Below are positions 55,880 through 64,000 of a DNA stretch of 64,000 nt, piece by piece. Position 1 is the stretch's first letter. Each line of letters opens with the position of its first letter. The stretch comes from a virus (lineage: Duplodnaviria; Caudoviricetes). The notes beneath the pieces are model-generated. The model made no database searches and was not told where the DNA came from. It was given only the letters and a program-made list of their open reading frames with translations. The DNA is taken from the IMG/VR virus record IMGVR_UViG_3300047469_000103, positions 64,001 to 128,000 of that record, one strand, 5' to 3'. Made by a program: the position numbers and the translations under genes.

Positions 55880-56350
55880 TCATTGTCCTGCATCGTAAGC
55901 GTAAATCTTGAAATGATCGGTGCCATCGAAATAACGCGCTTCACCTTTATCGGTTTTACGCAGACCGACTTTGCATACGATCACTTCACCAGTCGCAAAG
56001 AAAATCCAATGCGGTGTGCCTTTGTTGTCCACGTAGTAACCGGCTGCGTGAACCATTTCATCAAAACGACGACGCCACTGTTCGATGCTTTCGTTTTTGG
56101 TGCGTGCGTATTTCTTGTCGTTTTCTGCTTTTACCCAACGATCATCAGGTTCGATTTTCAACGCCGGGTGATTGCTCATGGAATCGTTTTTCACAACGTC
56201 CCAAATGGCGGTTTCATGATCCGAATGATTGTAGCTATAAACCAGCGAAATATCTTCTGCGCGCCACTTATCAACGAACGTCACAAGCTCGTGCATGGAC
56301 AGGCCACCGGCCCGGTCGTGACCAACGCAAAGCTGATCTAAAGATTTCAT
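55880..56350 (-). CDS. Hypothetical protein
   Basis: 156 aa, GGAG RBS. Confidence 0.65.
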   Translation of the reverse strand: MKSLDQLCVGHDRAGGLSMHELVTFVDKWRAEDISLVYSYNHSDHETAIWDVVKNDSMSNHPALKIEPDDRWVKAENDKKYARTKNESIEQWRRRFDEMVHAAGYYVDNKGTPHWIFFATGEVIVCKVGLRKTDKGEARYFDGTDHFKIYAYDAGQ

Positions 56351-56508
56351 TTTTTAATGCTCCCAAGGATTTTCGAAATACTGTTCGGCCAACCTTTCGT
56401 TCCCCGCGCACACATAACGCCCTGTTTACATTTCGGGCATTTGTTGCCTGCATCGGTTTTATAATCGTGGTGTCCGCAGTAGTCGCATTTACAGTTGGTA
56501 AGTCCCAT
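56347..56508 (-). CDS. Small Zn-ribbon protein (53 aa, missed by the ORF track)
   Basis: MGLTNCKCDYCGHHDYKTDAGNKCPKCKQGVMCARGTKGWPNSISKILGSIKK*; AGGGG RBS; ATGA overlap with 56350. Confidence 0.7.
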   Translation of the reverse strand: MGLTNCKCDYCGHHDYKTDAGNKCPKCKQGVMCARGTKGWPNSISKILGSIKK

Positions 56509-56514
56509 TTACAG

Positions 56515-57027
56515 TTAATCCCCTATGCGTGTGAAAACCGTTTGCTCCGACGAACCGGTCTGCCCGAAACCTGCACGCCCTTCAGTAAACACGCACGTCA
56601 TCAGCGACGGAATCTGATCGTAAATACCCGGCAGATATTTGTCGAAATGTACGCAGTGCAAAATGCGCAACTTTTCGTAAGCCTGTTTGCTCGGGCCAGT
56701 CAGACGCAGTTTGAAATTGCGCACGGCTGAATCCACTTCGCAAATATCAATCCAACCTTGCGTGAACATCTTCTCGACTTTATCGACGAGGTTCGTCAGT
56801 TGCTGCACCGACCAAACATCATCGGTATTCAACGGCTCGGGAAAGATAATCTGATCCGTAATGCGATGGCGTTTCATCGTTTTGATTTCACGCACACCCG
56901 GACGCCCCGGAACGCTCTGCGCTTTCATTGCACCGAACAACTGCGACAGTGCGTCCATTTGCTCAGCGGTGAAAGTTGATTGTTGTTCCGGTTTCTTTTT
57001 CCACAATGTAAGGCCGAGAACTTTCAT
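56515..57027 (-). CDS. Hypothetical protein
   Basis: 170 aa; 'QGWIDICEV...Y..LR.LHCV.F'. Confidence 0.65.
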   Translation of the reverse strand: MKVLGLTLWKKKPEQQSTFTAEQMDALSQLFGAMKAQSVPGRPGVREIKTMKRHRITDQIIFPEPLNTDDVWSVQQLTNLVDKVEKMFTQGWIDICEVDSAVRNFKLRLTGPSKQAYEKLRILHCVHFDKYLPGIYDQIPSLMTCVFTEGRAGFGQTGSSEQTVFTRIGD

Positions 57028-57341
57028 ATTTTCTTCCCGTCGTGGATAAACACATTGGCGATGAATTTCGACAGTTGTTTATGTGCCCACTCGTTTGCCA
57101 TAGCGCGAACATCCACGCTGTAATCGTTTGGCGATTCGAAGCAGGTTTCAGCCAGTGCCGTTTCCGAGTGTTCGAACAGTTTGATTTTTACCACTACCGA
57201 ATTTGTCGCGCCGTCGAAGCGTCCGTCAACGAAAAGAAATCCGTTCGACAATCGGTAATCGTCATCGAGGCCGCGTTCCCAGTAAGGCGTGAAATTCTCT
57301 TTCAGTTCTCGGGCGGCTCGTTGTTCGCGGCGTTCCGTCAT
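57024..57341 (-). CDS. Hypothetical protein
   Basis: 105 aa. Confidence 0.6.
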   Translation of the reverse strand: MTERREQRAARELKENFTPYWERGLDDDYRLSNGFLFVDGRFDGATNSVVVKIKLFEHSETALAETCFESPNDYSVDVRAMANEWAHKQLSKFIANVFIHDGKKI

Positions 57342-57344
57342 TTC

Positions 57345-57560
57345 TCAATCTCCAGTGTGAACTTCAAACAGGTCTTTCAGTTTGGAAAAATCACATTTAC
57401 ACACGCCCTCAATTGCTTCCTTGATTTCCACTGCGCCGTGACCTTTGGCTTCGAGGATTTCAGTGATTGCAATTTTCAAACGTGTGCGTTCATTCAAGGC
57501 GCGCCATGCGCCCTGATCCAACATGTGTTTCATGCCTTTGTTAAACGACTCGATGCTCAT
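57345..57560 (-). CDS. Hypothetical protein
   Basis: Start MSIESFNK preferred; 71 aa. Confidence 0.5.
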   Translation of the reverse strand: MSIESFNKGMKHMLDQGAWRALNERTRLKIAITEILEAKGHGAVEIKEAIEGVCKCDFSKLKDLFEVHTGD

Positions 57561-57810
57561 TTGTTTTTCCGCCTGACCAGAAAACACCGCATCCGCATGT
57601 CGCACAGCCCATGTACCAGATGCGATATTTTGGATCGCTATTCCACGTTTCGACAAACTTGCCTGTGTGGCCTTTTACGCACGTGTACGTTTGCGCCGAC
57701 TGCCGTGGCTCTTTCTTAACTGTTTGCATATCGAATAGCCCGTAACCAGTATCGGCAGGAAGTTCATGAACAACATGAACAGAATAAATAACTTCATCAT
57801 TCGGGGTCAA
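57541..57810 (-). CDS. Possible Zn-ribbon protein
   Basis: 'CVKGH...CATCGC'; TTG start uncertain. Confidence 0.45.
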   Translation of the reverse strand: MTPNDEVIYSVHVVHELPADTGYGLFDMQTVKKEPRQSAQTYTCVKGHTGKFVETWNSDPKYRIWYMGCATCGCGVFWSGGKTNEHRVV

Positions 57811-58075
57811 ATTCCTCCACAGCGCTTTCGCTGACTACCAACAAAATGTCGAGGCCGAGATTGGCTGCGAACATCACCATGCGCGCCAGTGGCACACTAC
57901 CCTTTCCGCTAATGACGTTGTACAGATCAATTTTGGAAATGTCGTATTTGTTTTGAATGGCGATGTTGTCGAGTTTGCCTTTCCCGGTCAGCGAAGCAAG
58001 CTTGGCATTAATCGCGTCACGCAACTGCGCCTGCATTTCTTGTACGGCAACTTTACCCTTTACGAAATCAACCAC
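57797..58075 (-). CDS. XRE-family HTH protein
   Basis: GTG start (AAGGGG RBS); 'IQNKYDISKIDLYNVISGKGSVPLARMVMFAANLGLDI'. Confidence 0.65.
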   Translation of the reverse strand: MVDFVKGKVAVQEMQAQLRDAINAKLASLTGKGKLDNIAIQNKYDISKIDLYNVISGKGSVPLARMVMFAANLGLDILLVVSESAVEEFDPE

Positions 58076-58430
58076 TTTTAACCCCTTCACGCTGCAAGAT
58101 AGATAAGAAGCTCTGACGAACCGTTTGGATCGTCTCCGAGTTATTATCATTTACAGTTTTCAGGAATGTATGTAGCTCTTCCATCAACGTTGCAGACGCA
58201 ATCGAAATGTCACGCAAGCGAATGCCTTGGGTCAGAATAACTTCAGCCGGGATCGTCTGATACTGCGTGTTGCGAACCATGCCTTCCGGTGCGTTGTCGT
58301 AAGGCACAACCATTACGCACGGGTCTTGATAAATCTTCGAATATTGCTGGTGCAATTCCGAAACCCGATTCAGCAGATAACGCAGATGATCGGCGCGTTC
58401 TTGCACGTTCATTTCTTCTAGCTTTTTCAT
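58068..58430 (-). CDS. Hypothetical protein
   Basis: 120 aa. Confidence 0.55.
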   Translation of the reverse strand: MKKLEEMNVQERADHLRYLLNRVSELHQQYSKIYQDPCVMVVPYDNAPEGMVRNTQYQTIPAEVILTQGIRLRDISIASATLMEELHTFLKTVNDNNSETIQTVRQSFLSILQREGVKSG

Positions 58431-59449
58431 TCCATTGGGCTTCCGCTAGCTTTCCAGAAATGCGCGGCTGCCGTTTGTGCTTCTTCGACACTCGACACAC
58501 GGAAACGGAACAGCACGCCAGCAAGGAGCGCTTGACCGGCATACGCGTTGTTAATGTTCAACCGCACTTCATACAACCAACGCGGAACGCTACCATCACG
58601 CGGATAGTTTTCGATGCCGAACAGATCGAAGAAATGCAGATTGATTTTGTACGCACGCTCTTCGCCTTCGTACATCCATTTCTGCATCATGCCGCCCAAT
58701 TCGTTTTCCATAGGCTTCGGCGTATTTGGGAACTGGTAGAAATTGAAACCGGCTTTCGAAAACTGTTCGTACAGCGGTTCGTTTTGCAGGGACTCAAGTT
58801 GTTCCTGAGTCGGAGGATTAATGCCCATGTTTTTCTCCAGTGCCGGAATGACCAAACCAATGCGCCCAGCGAAGGGAACAATTTCGGATTCAATTTCACG
58901 CAGCGCGTCAGTGTAGGAAACGCCAGCGCGTTGTTTGATTGGCAAATACTCGCCCGTGTCGGGGTGCCGTTCGTAAACAGCTTCCGCGTTCAATTCCCAC
59001 GTCAACGGAATCGCGGAGCTATTCAGGGATTTGTGATCGCGCTCGAAACAAACCACGAAATGATCGTCGGAAATTTCCGGCAGTTCGCGAATGCGATTGT
59101 TCATTTCGATACACTGGTGCGGCGTCAGTTTCATCGTGCTTTGCGCATCGGTGTAAGGCCGACGTTTACTGAATACCAGAAAGAACCGACGTGCTTTACC
59201 CACTTCGATTTGGAACGGCGCAATCTGATTGAAAATGTTGCACAGTGCTTCCTGAATATTCAGGGCCAGACCATGCGTTTCAATCACGTCGATCAACGCG
59301 TTAATTTTCGCAGTGTTATCCGCCGCGAATTTGATTGCGTCCGGCTTCAGTTCAAAACGGATTTGCCAGTATTGTTTTTCCACACGCAGATGCAGACAGA
59401 AGCGACCACGAGAATCGCGACTGCTGCACAGTGCATATTTACGTTTCAT
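58427..59449 (-). CDS. Hypothetical protein
   Basis: 340 aa. Confidence 0.65.
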   Translation of the reverse strand: MKRKYALCSSRDSRGRFCLHLRVEKQYWQIRFELKPDAIKFAADNTAKINALIDVIETHGLALNIQEALCNIFNQIAPFQIEVGKARRFFLVFSKRRPYTDAQSTMKLTPHQCIEMNNRIRELPEISDDHFVVCFERDHKSLNSSAIPLTWELNAEAVYERHPDTGEYLPIKQRAGVSYTDALREIESEIVPFAGRIGLVIPALEKNMGINPPTQEQLESLQNEPLYEQFSKAGFNFYQFPNTPKPMENELGGMMQKWMYEGEERAYKINLHFFDLFGIENYPRDGSVPRWLYEVRLNINNAYAGQALLAGVLFRFRVSSVEEAQTAAAHFWKASGSPME

Positions 59450-59999
59450 CGGAGTTCACCAGTGTGTGCAATTCCCCGGCTGCTTTCAGGCGACGGATTT
59501 CACTCAGGGATTTATTGTATTTTGCGGCCAGTTCTTTCACCGTGCCTTCTGGCGCCGGTTTGTGCTGCGAGTTGAAATTGGCCCGCACTTCAGCTTCACG
59601 CTTTTTCACTTCGCGTTGCATACGGTCGCGACGTTTGAACATCGGCTCATTGGCAACGTCGCCTTCGTGCAAAAACGATTCGGCCATTTTCGCAATTTCG
59701 CCCATCGACATGGTTTCGAAAAGCTTGCCGACCAGTGCAAGGCGCGCACGGGTTTTCAAATCGTCGAGGGACAAAGTGATACCCGGTGCAAACAGCGCCA
59801 GTTGATCTTCCGGGTTATTCAAATCGGGATATTTCTCTTCGTTCAACGACCAGTAAATCGCCATACGAATTTCAGCGTCACCGTGACCGGCTGCAACTTC
59901 ACGAGCGAATTGATTTCGGCCTTCGTGAATATCGAAATACAGCGCTACGCCAACGCGGGTGCGTTCTTCTACCGAGTAATCGCGTTCCATACCGCTCAT
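59439..59999 (-). CDS. Hypothetical protein with C-terminal HTH-like motif
   Basis: 'TVKELAAKYNKSLSEIRRLKAAG'. Confidence 0.65.
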   Translation of the reverse strand: MSGMERDYSVEERTRVGVALYFDIHEGRNQFAREVAAGHGDAEIRMAIYWSLNEEKYPDLNNPEDQLALFAPGITLSLDDLKTRARLALVGKLFETMSMGEIAKMAESFLHEGDVANEPMFKRRDRMQREVKKREAEVRANFNSQHKPAPEGTVKELAAKYNKSLSEIRRLKAAGELHTLVNSDET

Positions 60000-60850
60000 T
60001 GTGCTTTTTCCTTTTCCAATTCTTTCATGAAGCCACGCATTTCAGGCATGTCGCTGCAACCTTCGCCATCCAATTCAACCGCGTGGTCATCCGACAAATT
60101 GTTGTGTTCGTAAACCATGTAAAACAATTCGCGAATTGCGTCAGTTGGCGTGTCGGCAATCGGCGCTTTAACTTCCGTGGTGTCGGACATGTTCTCGTTG
60201 TAGTGGAACAGGAAAGTGCCCGCAACCTGATATTTGTAATCGTGCAGGTTGGAGAAATCAACCGACACAACCAATTCTTTTTCGAACATGGCTTGCAGAA
60301 CTTCTTTCGCCAGTTCCGCACCGACGTTCGGCAACATTGCAGGCATGCCGTAGAAACGCGTCACGTTCAGATTGAGTCGAATTTTCATATTCGATTCGTA
60401 TTCTTCAACTTCCAGTTCTGCTGTCAGCTTACCGAGACGGATTTTGTGCTGGCGCTTGATGCTGGTCAGCGAGTCCGACAGTTTGTTCAACGCTTCGGAA
60501 ATGCCACCGAGAAGACTGGAAGGCGATGCGAAACGAATCAGGTCGTCAGCAACGTGGCCCACGGTCAAACGGTTAAGCTCACGTGCGCTCAAATCCAGTG
60601 TTGCCAATTCCGTATTATCAACATCGACAAATTCGGAAATTGTGAATTCCATCGGCGTGCCGATTTCAGGTTCTTTCGGCGCTGGTGGTACAACTGGTTT
60701 ACGACGACGTGGGCCGCGTACTGGCTTGCCGTCGTTATTCGCGGTTGCAGCTTCTTCAATCAAACGTTTTTGTACCAAACCTTTTTTACCGGCTTTCTTC
60801 GGCTCAGCTTTTTTCACGGCTGGTTTCTTTGCGTCTTTCTTAGCGGTCAT
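59996..60850 (-). CDS. Lys-rich protein with alpha-CTD-like motif
   Basis: 284 aa; histone-like N-terminus KKDAKKPAVKKAEPKK; 'LDLSARELNRL....ADDL'. Confidence 0.6.
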   Translation of the reverse strand: MTAKKDAKKPAVKKAEPKKAGKKGLVQKRLIEEAATANNDGKPVRGPRRRKPVVPPAPKEPEIGTPMEFTISEFVDVDNTELATLDLSARELNRLTVGHVADDLIRFASPSSLLGGISEALNKLSDSLTSIKRQHKIRLGKLTAELEVEEYESNMKIRLNLNVTRFYGMPAMLPNVGAELAKEVLQAMFEKELVVSVDFSNLHDYKYQVAGTFLFHYNENMSDTTEVKAPIADTPTDAIRELFYMVYEHNNLSDDHAVELDGEGCSDMPEMRGFMKELEKEKAQ

Positions 60851-61200
60851 GGTGCAGCCTTATCTTTCAGATGATTATTCAATGCGAAGAACGTAAGCTT
60901 GCGCGCCCGATGTTTGGCAGCGTCTTCGATAGCCTGTTCCAGCATGATGTTGAAATGGTGTTCTACGCGTTGTTCCAGTTTGGCAATCAACGTGTTTTCG
61001 TCAAACAACTTTTCGATAATGCTTTCGACCTTTTCGCGAATTTGCGCACGGCCCAAACCTTCCTTGATGCCGTAGCGCGGCACGGCAAAGAATGAGCCGA
61101 GTTGTTCTTTCACTTGAGCGGTTCGGGTTTTGTCCGCAAGCTCTTGGGCCTGCTTCAAAACTTCCGAATCATTCAGCGTAATTTTCAGAACCGTTTCCAT
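60847..61200 (-). CDS. Helical hypothetical protein
   Basis: Start METVLK at a TAATG overlap; 117 aa. Confidence 0.6.
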   Translation of the reverse strand: METVLKITLNDSEVLKQAQELADKTRTAQVKEQLGSFFAVPRYGIKEGLGRAQIREKVESIIEKLFDENTLIAKLEQRVEHHFNIMLEQAIEDAAKHRARKLTFFALNNHLKDKAAP

Positions 61201-61682
61201 TACCAATTGTCCTTGAAGGACGAAATCAGTGTTTCGAAAAGCAGCGGGGCCAAACCTTGCTGCGTTGGGTAATTCGACCGGTGCAAATTGTGCAGGCACT
61301 CAGGGCCGTGACCAGTGCCGTCACCGATTTTGAATTCGTAATGCGAGGTGTTCGGAATGATCGTAACCCAAATAACCCGATTTTCGCGACCGGCATTATT
61401 GCTGCGCCAAATCATGGAAATTGGAGTGAGTGCCGTTCCGCTGACTGGATCGTGTGCGTAAAACATCGGCGCCGTGAAACCGTATTGCATGACGTTGACC
61501 ATAAGCGAATCCATCGCTTCGCACGATTCACGCGTCGGCGCAGCATCGCCGTAGTCTGCGTAAATTCCGTTGTGCCATGCCTTGTGCATGTCGTTGTAGA
61601 AATCGTAATACTGGCGCTGCACAAAGCGCGCTTTTTGTGTGAAGTCGATTTGCTGTGAAGGATCGCGTTCGCCGTAGCTCAT
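61200..61682 (-). CDS. Hypothetical protein
   Basis: 160 aa, GGAG RBS. Confidence 0.65.
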   Translation of the reverse strand: MSYGERDPSQQIDFTQKARFVQRQYYDFYNDMHKAWHNGIYADYGDAAPTRESCEAMDSLMVNVMQYGFTAPMFYAHDPVSGTALTPISMIWRSNNAGRENRVIWVTIIPNTSHYEFKIGDGTGHGPECLHNLHRSNYPTQQGLAPLLFETLISSFKDNW

Positions 61683-61683
61683 T

Positions 61684-61980
61684 TTATTTCTCCGAAGTCC
61701 AGTGGCCGCATTTGCGCATTGCTTCGCCCCACTCGTGATTGTGATAGCCAGACGAATTCAGGCACGAATCAAAAGCATCGCACAATTCATCAAACGTTTC
61801 GATTTCCCGCTCTTCGTCGTAGCGCATTCTCAAATGCAGCGTACCGCCTTTGGTAGCACGGGCGTGGATATGACTTTTTGCGCCAGTCTTCAGGTCGTAG
61901 TCCAGACCTTTTTCGTCGTAACTGATTTCAATGGTCACGCCGAGTCTAAGCAGTTCCGCAACAATCGGGTGCAGTTCCAT
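61684..61980 (-). CDS. Hypothetical protein
   Basis: 98 aa, GGAGG RBS. Confidence 0.7.
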   Translation of the reverse strand: MELHPIVAELLRLGVTIEISYDEKGLDYDLKTGAKSHIHARATKGGTLHLRMRYDEEREIETFDELCDAFDSCLNSSGYHNHEWGEAMRKCGHWTSEK

Positions 61981-61991
61981 ACATCCTCCGT

Positions 61992-62420
61992 TTACAGTTT
62001 GTTGTCGTGCATTGTGACGTGCAATTTAATGTCACGCTGCAACGCGGCTTCACGTTCGCGCCGGATACGCCCGCAGGCATTCATCAGGATTTGTTCAATC
62101 TGCGCGTCACAGGCCGAATGGAAATTCATATTTGTCGTTTTGTCTTTCGGATCAATCAACACGCCGAACCGATTTATGCGGCCCTTGATGATGCGGTCTT
62201 TCAGATGGATACGTGCGCGAATATTTTCAGGCAGAATGTGCCCGTTCGAAACTGCCAGACGGAATGCGTCGTAAGCCAGTTCGTTTACCAGATGGATCGA
62301 AGCGTCGGTGCAGTCATAATACTGCTTCGGTAATTCCACCGACTCCGCGTCGGACAGCGCGTTCACAGCGTACTCCGAGACTTCCGGGCATTCCGGCGTG
62401 TGCAGATGAATTGTAATCAT
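61992..62420 (-). CDS. DUF3696-like stand-alone protein
   Basis: 'NE..YDAFRLAV..G.I..E.I...I...G.L..P...F...Q...L' resembles the C-terminal DUF3696 module of AAA/OLD-type proteins. Confidence 0.45.
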   Translation of the reverse strand: MITIHLHTPECPEVSEYAVNALSDAESVELPKQYYDCTDASIHLVNELAYDAFRLAVSNGHILPENIRARIHLKDRIIKGRINRFGVLIDPKDKTTNMNFHSACDAQIEQILMNACGRIRREREAALQRDIKLHVTMHDNKL

Positions 62421-62688
62421 TATCCAATTCCGTATTTATGTATTTGAACGCGTCGTCGATATAGTGGAAAACTTGTCGCGCTCCGGCGATTCCGTGATTC
62501 AACAATTCGACTCGATACAGCCGATAACGAGGCCGCAACCACGTGCCGTAGAAAACGGTTTCCGTAATTAGCACGCCTCGACTATTTTTGTCAGGGCCAA
62601 TCAGTAATTCGTGCAGACAATCTTTGCCACGCCAATATGTGCGCAGCGCTGCAACAGCCGGTTCGTCGTCAACGTATAGAACCGTCAT
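62314..62688 (-). CDS. Hypothetical protein (start and 3' overlap uncertain)
   Basis: Fills 62421-62720; overlaps the downstream gene by about 107 nt. Confidence 0.4.
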   Translation of the reverse strand: MTVLYVDDEPAVAALRTYWRGKDCLHELLIGPDKNSRGVLITETVFYGTWLRPRYRLYRVELLNHGIAGARQVFHYIDDAFKYINTELDNDYNSSAHAGMPGSLGVRCERAVRRGVGGITEAVL

Positions 62689-62720
62689 TTCTTTGTAGAA
62701 AAGTGAAAAGTATTTGAACG

Positions 62721-63047
62721 TCAGCAGCCAGCGAATGATGGGCCAATGGGTTTTCTTTGCCTGTTCAAAATCACTTGTAGGTCGCAAAGCAAATCCTCCA
62801 CGTCGCCATAGAATTTGTACAACCGAGTATTCAGGTTGCGCAAGCAATAGCGCGTTTCTTTCGGGCGCAGAAATCCACCCTTTTGAATTTCAAAAAGCTC
62901 GTAGTGAATCCCACGAACATTTTCAATTGGGTCGAACGTGAACCGGTGTTCACACGCTCCGATTCCATCGCGCCATGTGCGGTGTTTGATTTGGTATCCT
63001 ACCAGCGTATCTTGCAACTTCGATTTAATGCGAGAAAAACGGAACAT
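62721..63047 (-). CDS. Hypothetical protein
   Basis: 108 aa. Confidence 0.55.
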   Translation of the reverse strand: MFRFSRIKSKLQDTLVGYQIKHRTWRDGIGACEHRFTFDPIENVRGIHYELFEIQKGGFLRPKETRYCLRNLNTRLYKFYGDVEDLLCDLQVILNRQRKPIGPSFAGC

Positions 63048-63064
63048 GTGAAAATCCTTTTCAG

Positions 63065-63304
63065 TTAGACCAGTCCAGCCATTTGCGCGACGATTGCGCG
63101 ATACAGCGCACGGTGCGGATTCAACGACAACGCTTGCGCCTGCATGGTTGCCACGCCTTCGTCAGCGTAGTGCATTGCGTGTGCGCCTTTGCGTGTAGTC
63201 TCCACGCCGCCGATGCGAATCACCGCAACGTATTCACCAGTTTGTTCGTGACGAATTAAAAACAAATGTACTTCACGTTCTTCAGCCATAATAATCTGCA
63301 CCAC
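63065..63304 (-). CDS. Hypothetical protein
   Basis: 79 aa. Confidence 0.55.
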   Translation of the reverse strand: MVQIIMAEEREVHLFLIRHEQTGEYVAVIRIGGVETTRKGAHAMHYADEGVATMQAQALSLNPHRALYRAIVAQMAGLV

Positions 63305-63542
63305 GTTTGGTTGAACAATCCATAACAGCCGTGAAACCGGGTATCAGAAAACCAACACGCAATTCGCGAATGTCACCGCCGAGTTCACCGATACCGACAA
63401 TTTGCTTTTCTGCAATTTCAGGTTCTTGAAACTGCATGGCGTGTTGCCAATGCTCAGTGCCGAGAAGTTCACCCGGACGAATTACAGACAGCATTAGCGC
63501 GTCGTTAATTCGAATCACGTAGACCGCTCTAGGCTCACTCAT
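63282..63542 (-). CDS. Hypothetical protein
   Basis: Start MSEPRAVY at an ATGA overlap. Confidence 0.55.
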   Translation of the reverse strand: MSEPRAVYVIRINDALMLSVIRPGELLGTEHWQHAMQFQEPEIAEKQIVGIGELGGDIRELRVGFLIPGFTAVMDCSTKRGADYYG

Positions 63543-63739
63543 ACGAAATTGCTCAACCGGACAGGGAACCATTCACCATCGCCAACTTTCATTTCCACCA
63601 GTGGCGGCGCTTTGGCGAATTCACATTGCTTGTGTGCGTCACGGCATGCGTCTGCAATGCTCATGAATTCACACGCTGCGCTGCTGCCCGGTGGCGTTAC
63701 GCGGGCTTTAACTTCTACGCCTTGATCTTCGGTGTTCAT
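63539..63739 (-). CDS. Hypothetical protein
   Basis: 66 aa, coupled on both sides. Confidence 0.55.
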   Translation of the reverse strand: MNTEDQGVEVKARVTPPGSSAACEFMSIADACRDAHKQCEFAKAPPLVEMKVGDGEWFPVRLSNFV

Positions 63740-63981
63740 GCTTGCGTAATCCCTTCAAAACAGCCGTGACGTTTCATGGACTCGATAAACGCTTTGTGTG
63801 GCATCAGGAAGCGCATAAAACAATGCGTACCTTTGAAATCTTCCACCGGCGTGAATCGGTCTTCTTCCTTTTCCGAATCGAACGTCGTCCGCGAATAATA
63901 ATGCGGGTTCCATGCGTCGGTGATTTCTTTCATGCACTGATCGAAATATGCGTGATCTTTTTCGTTGCCCTGATACAGCAC
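63736..63981 (-). CDS. Hypothetical protein (start near the window edge)
   Basis: 81 aa, GTG start. Confidence 0.5.
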   Translation of the reverse strand: MLYQGNEKDHAYFDQCMKEITDAWNPHYYSRTTFDSEKEEDRFTPVEDFKGTHCFMRFLMPHKAFIESMKRHGCFEGITQA

Positions 63982-64000
63982 GAAAGAGAAATCGACATAC

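Noticed and set aside
1-64000. tRNA/rRNA genes, integrase, transposase, introns, inteins
   Set aside because: No cloverleaf or T-loop signatures in the few short intergenic gaps and no such motifs recognised. This was a manual inspection only.
1-64000. Stop-codon recoding (alternative genetic code)
   Set aside because: TAA, TAG and TGA all end genes at tightly coupled junctions, and coding density is already near complete under the standard code.

Overview
This is a 64 kb segment of a large lytic (jumbo-type, myovirus-like) dsDNA phage genome in the standard genetic code. I saw no rRNA, tRNA, CRISPR array or integrase. It has two convergent blocks. (1) Positions 1-20213, all on the + strand, form a late/virion module. 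It holds a 5'-truncated fibre/baseplate-hub protein, a tandem paralog pair of virion proteins, several beta-rich ConA/LamG-type fibre or adhesin proteins, a four-gene secreted/membrane cluster and a 906-aa four-repeat fibre protein. It ends in a putative lysis cassette: i-spanin-like, holin-like, a lipoprotein with a C-terminal hydrophobic helix, and a peptidase M15-like protein lacking its Asp zinc ligand. (2) Positions 20268-64000, all on the - strand, hold about 90 tightly coupled small early/accessory ORFs. These include an AmrZ-like ribbon-helix-helix regulator (suggesting a Pseudomonas-type host), three Nudix-fold hydrolases, a NADAR protein, an HD-domain protein, DUF4326, XRE-HTH/AP2/homeodomain-like DNA-binding proteins, degenerate DnaB-like P-loop proteins, Zn-ribbon peptides and several paralog arrays. 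A bidirectional terminator separates the blocks. Non-coding signals include a strand-biased 10-mer (AACTGTAAAT, six exact copies), two homologous UUAACC-loop hairpins, a duplicated 20-nt leader and an RBS-occluding hairpin. All protein assignments come from motif recognition by eye, not database searches. Many start codons were re-chosen from RBS and ATGA-overlap evidence.
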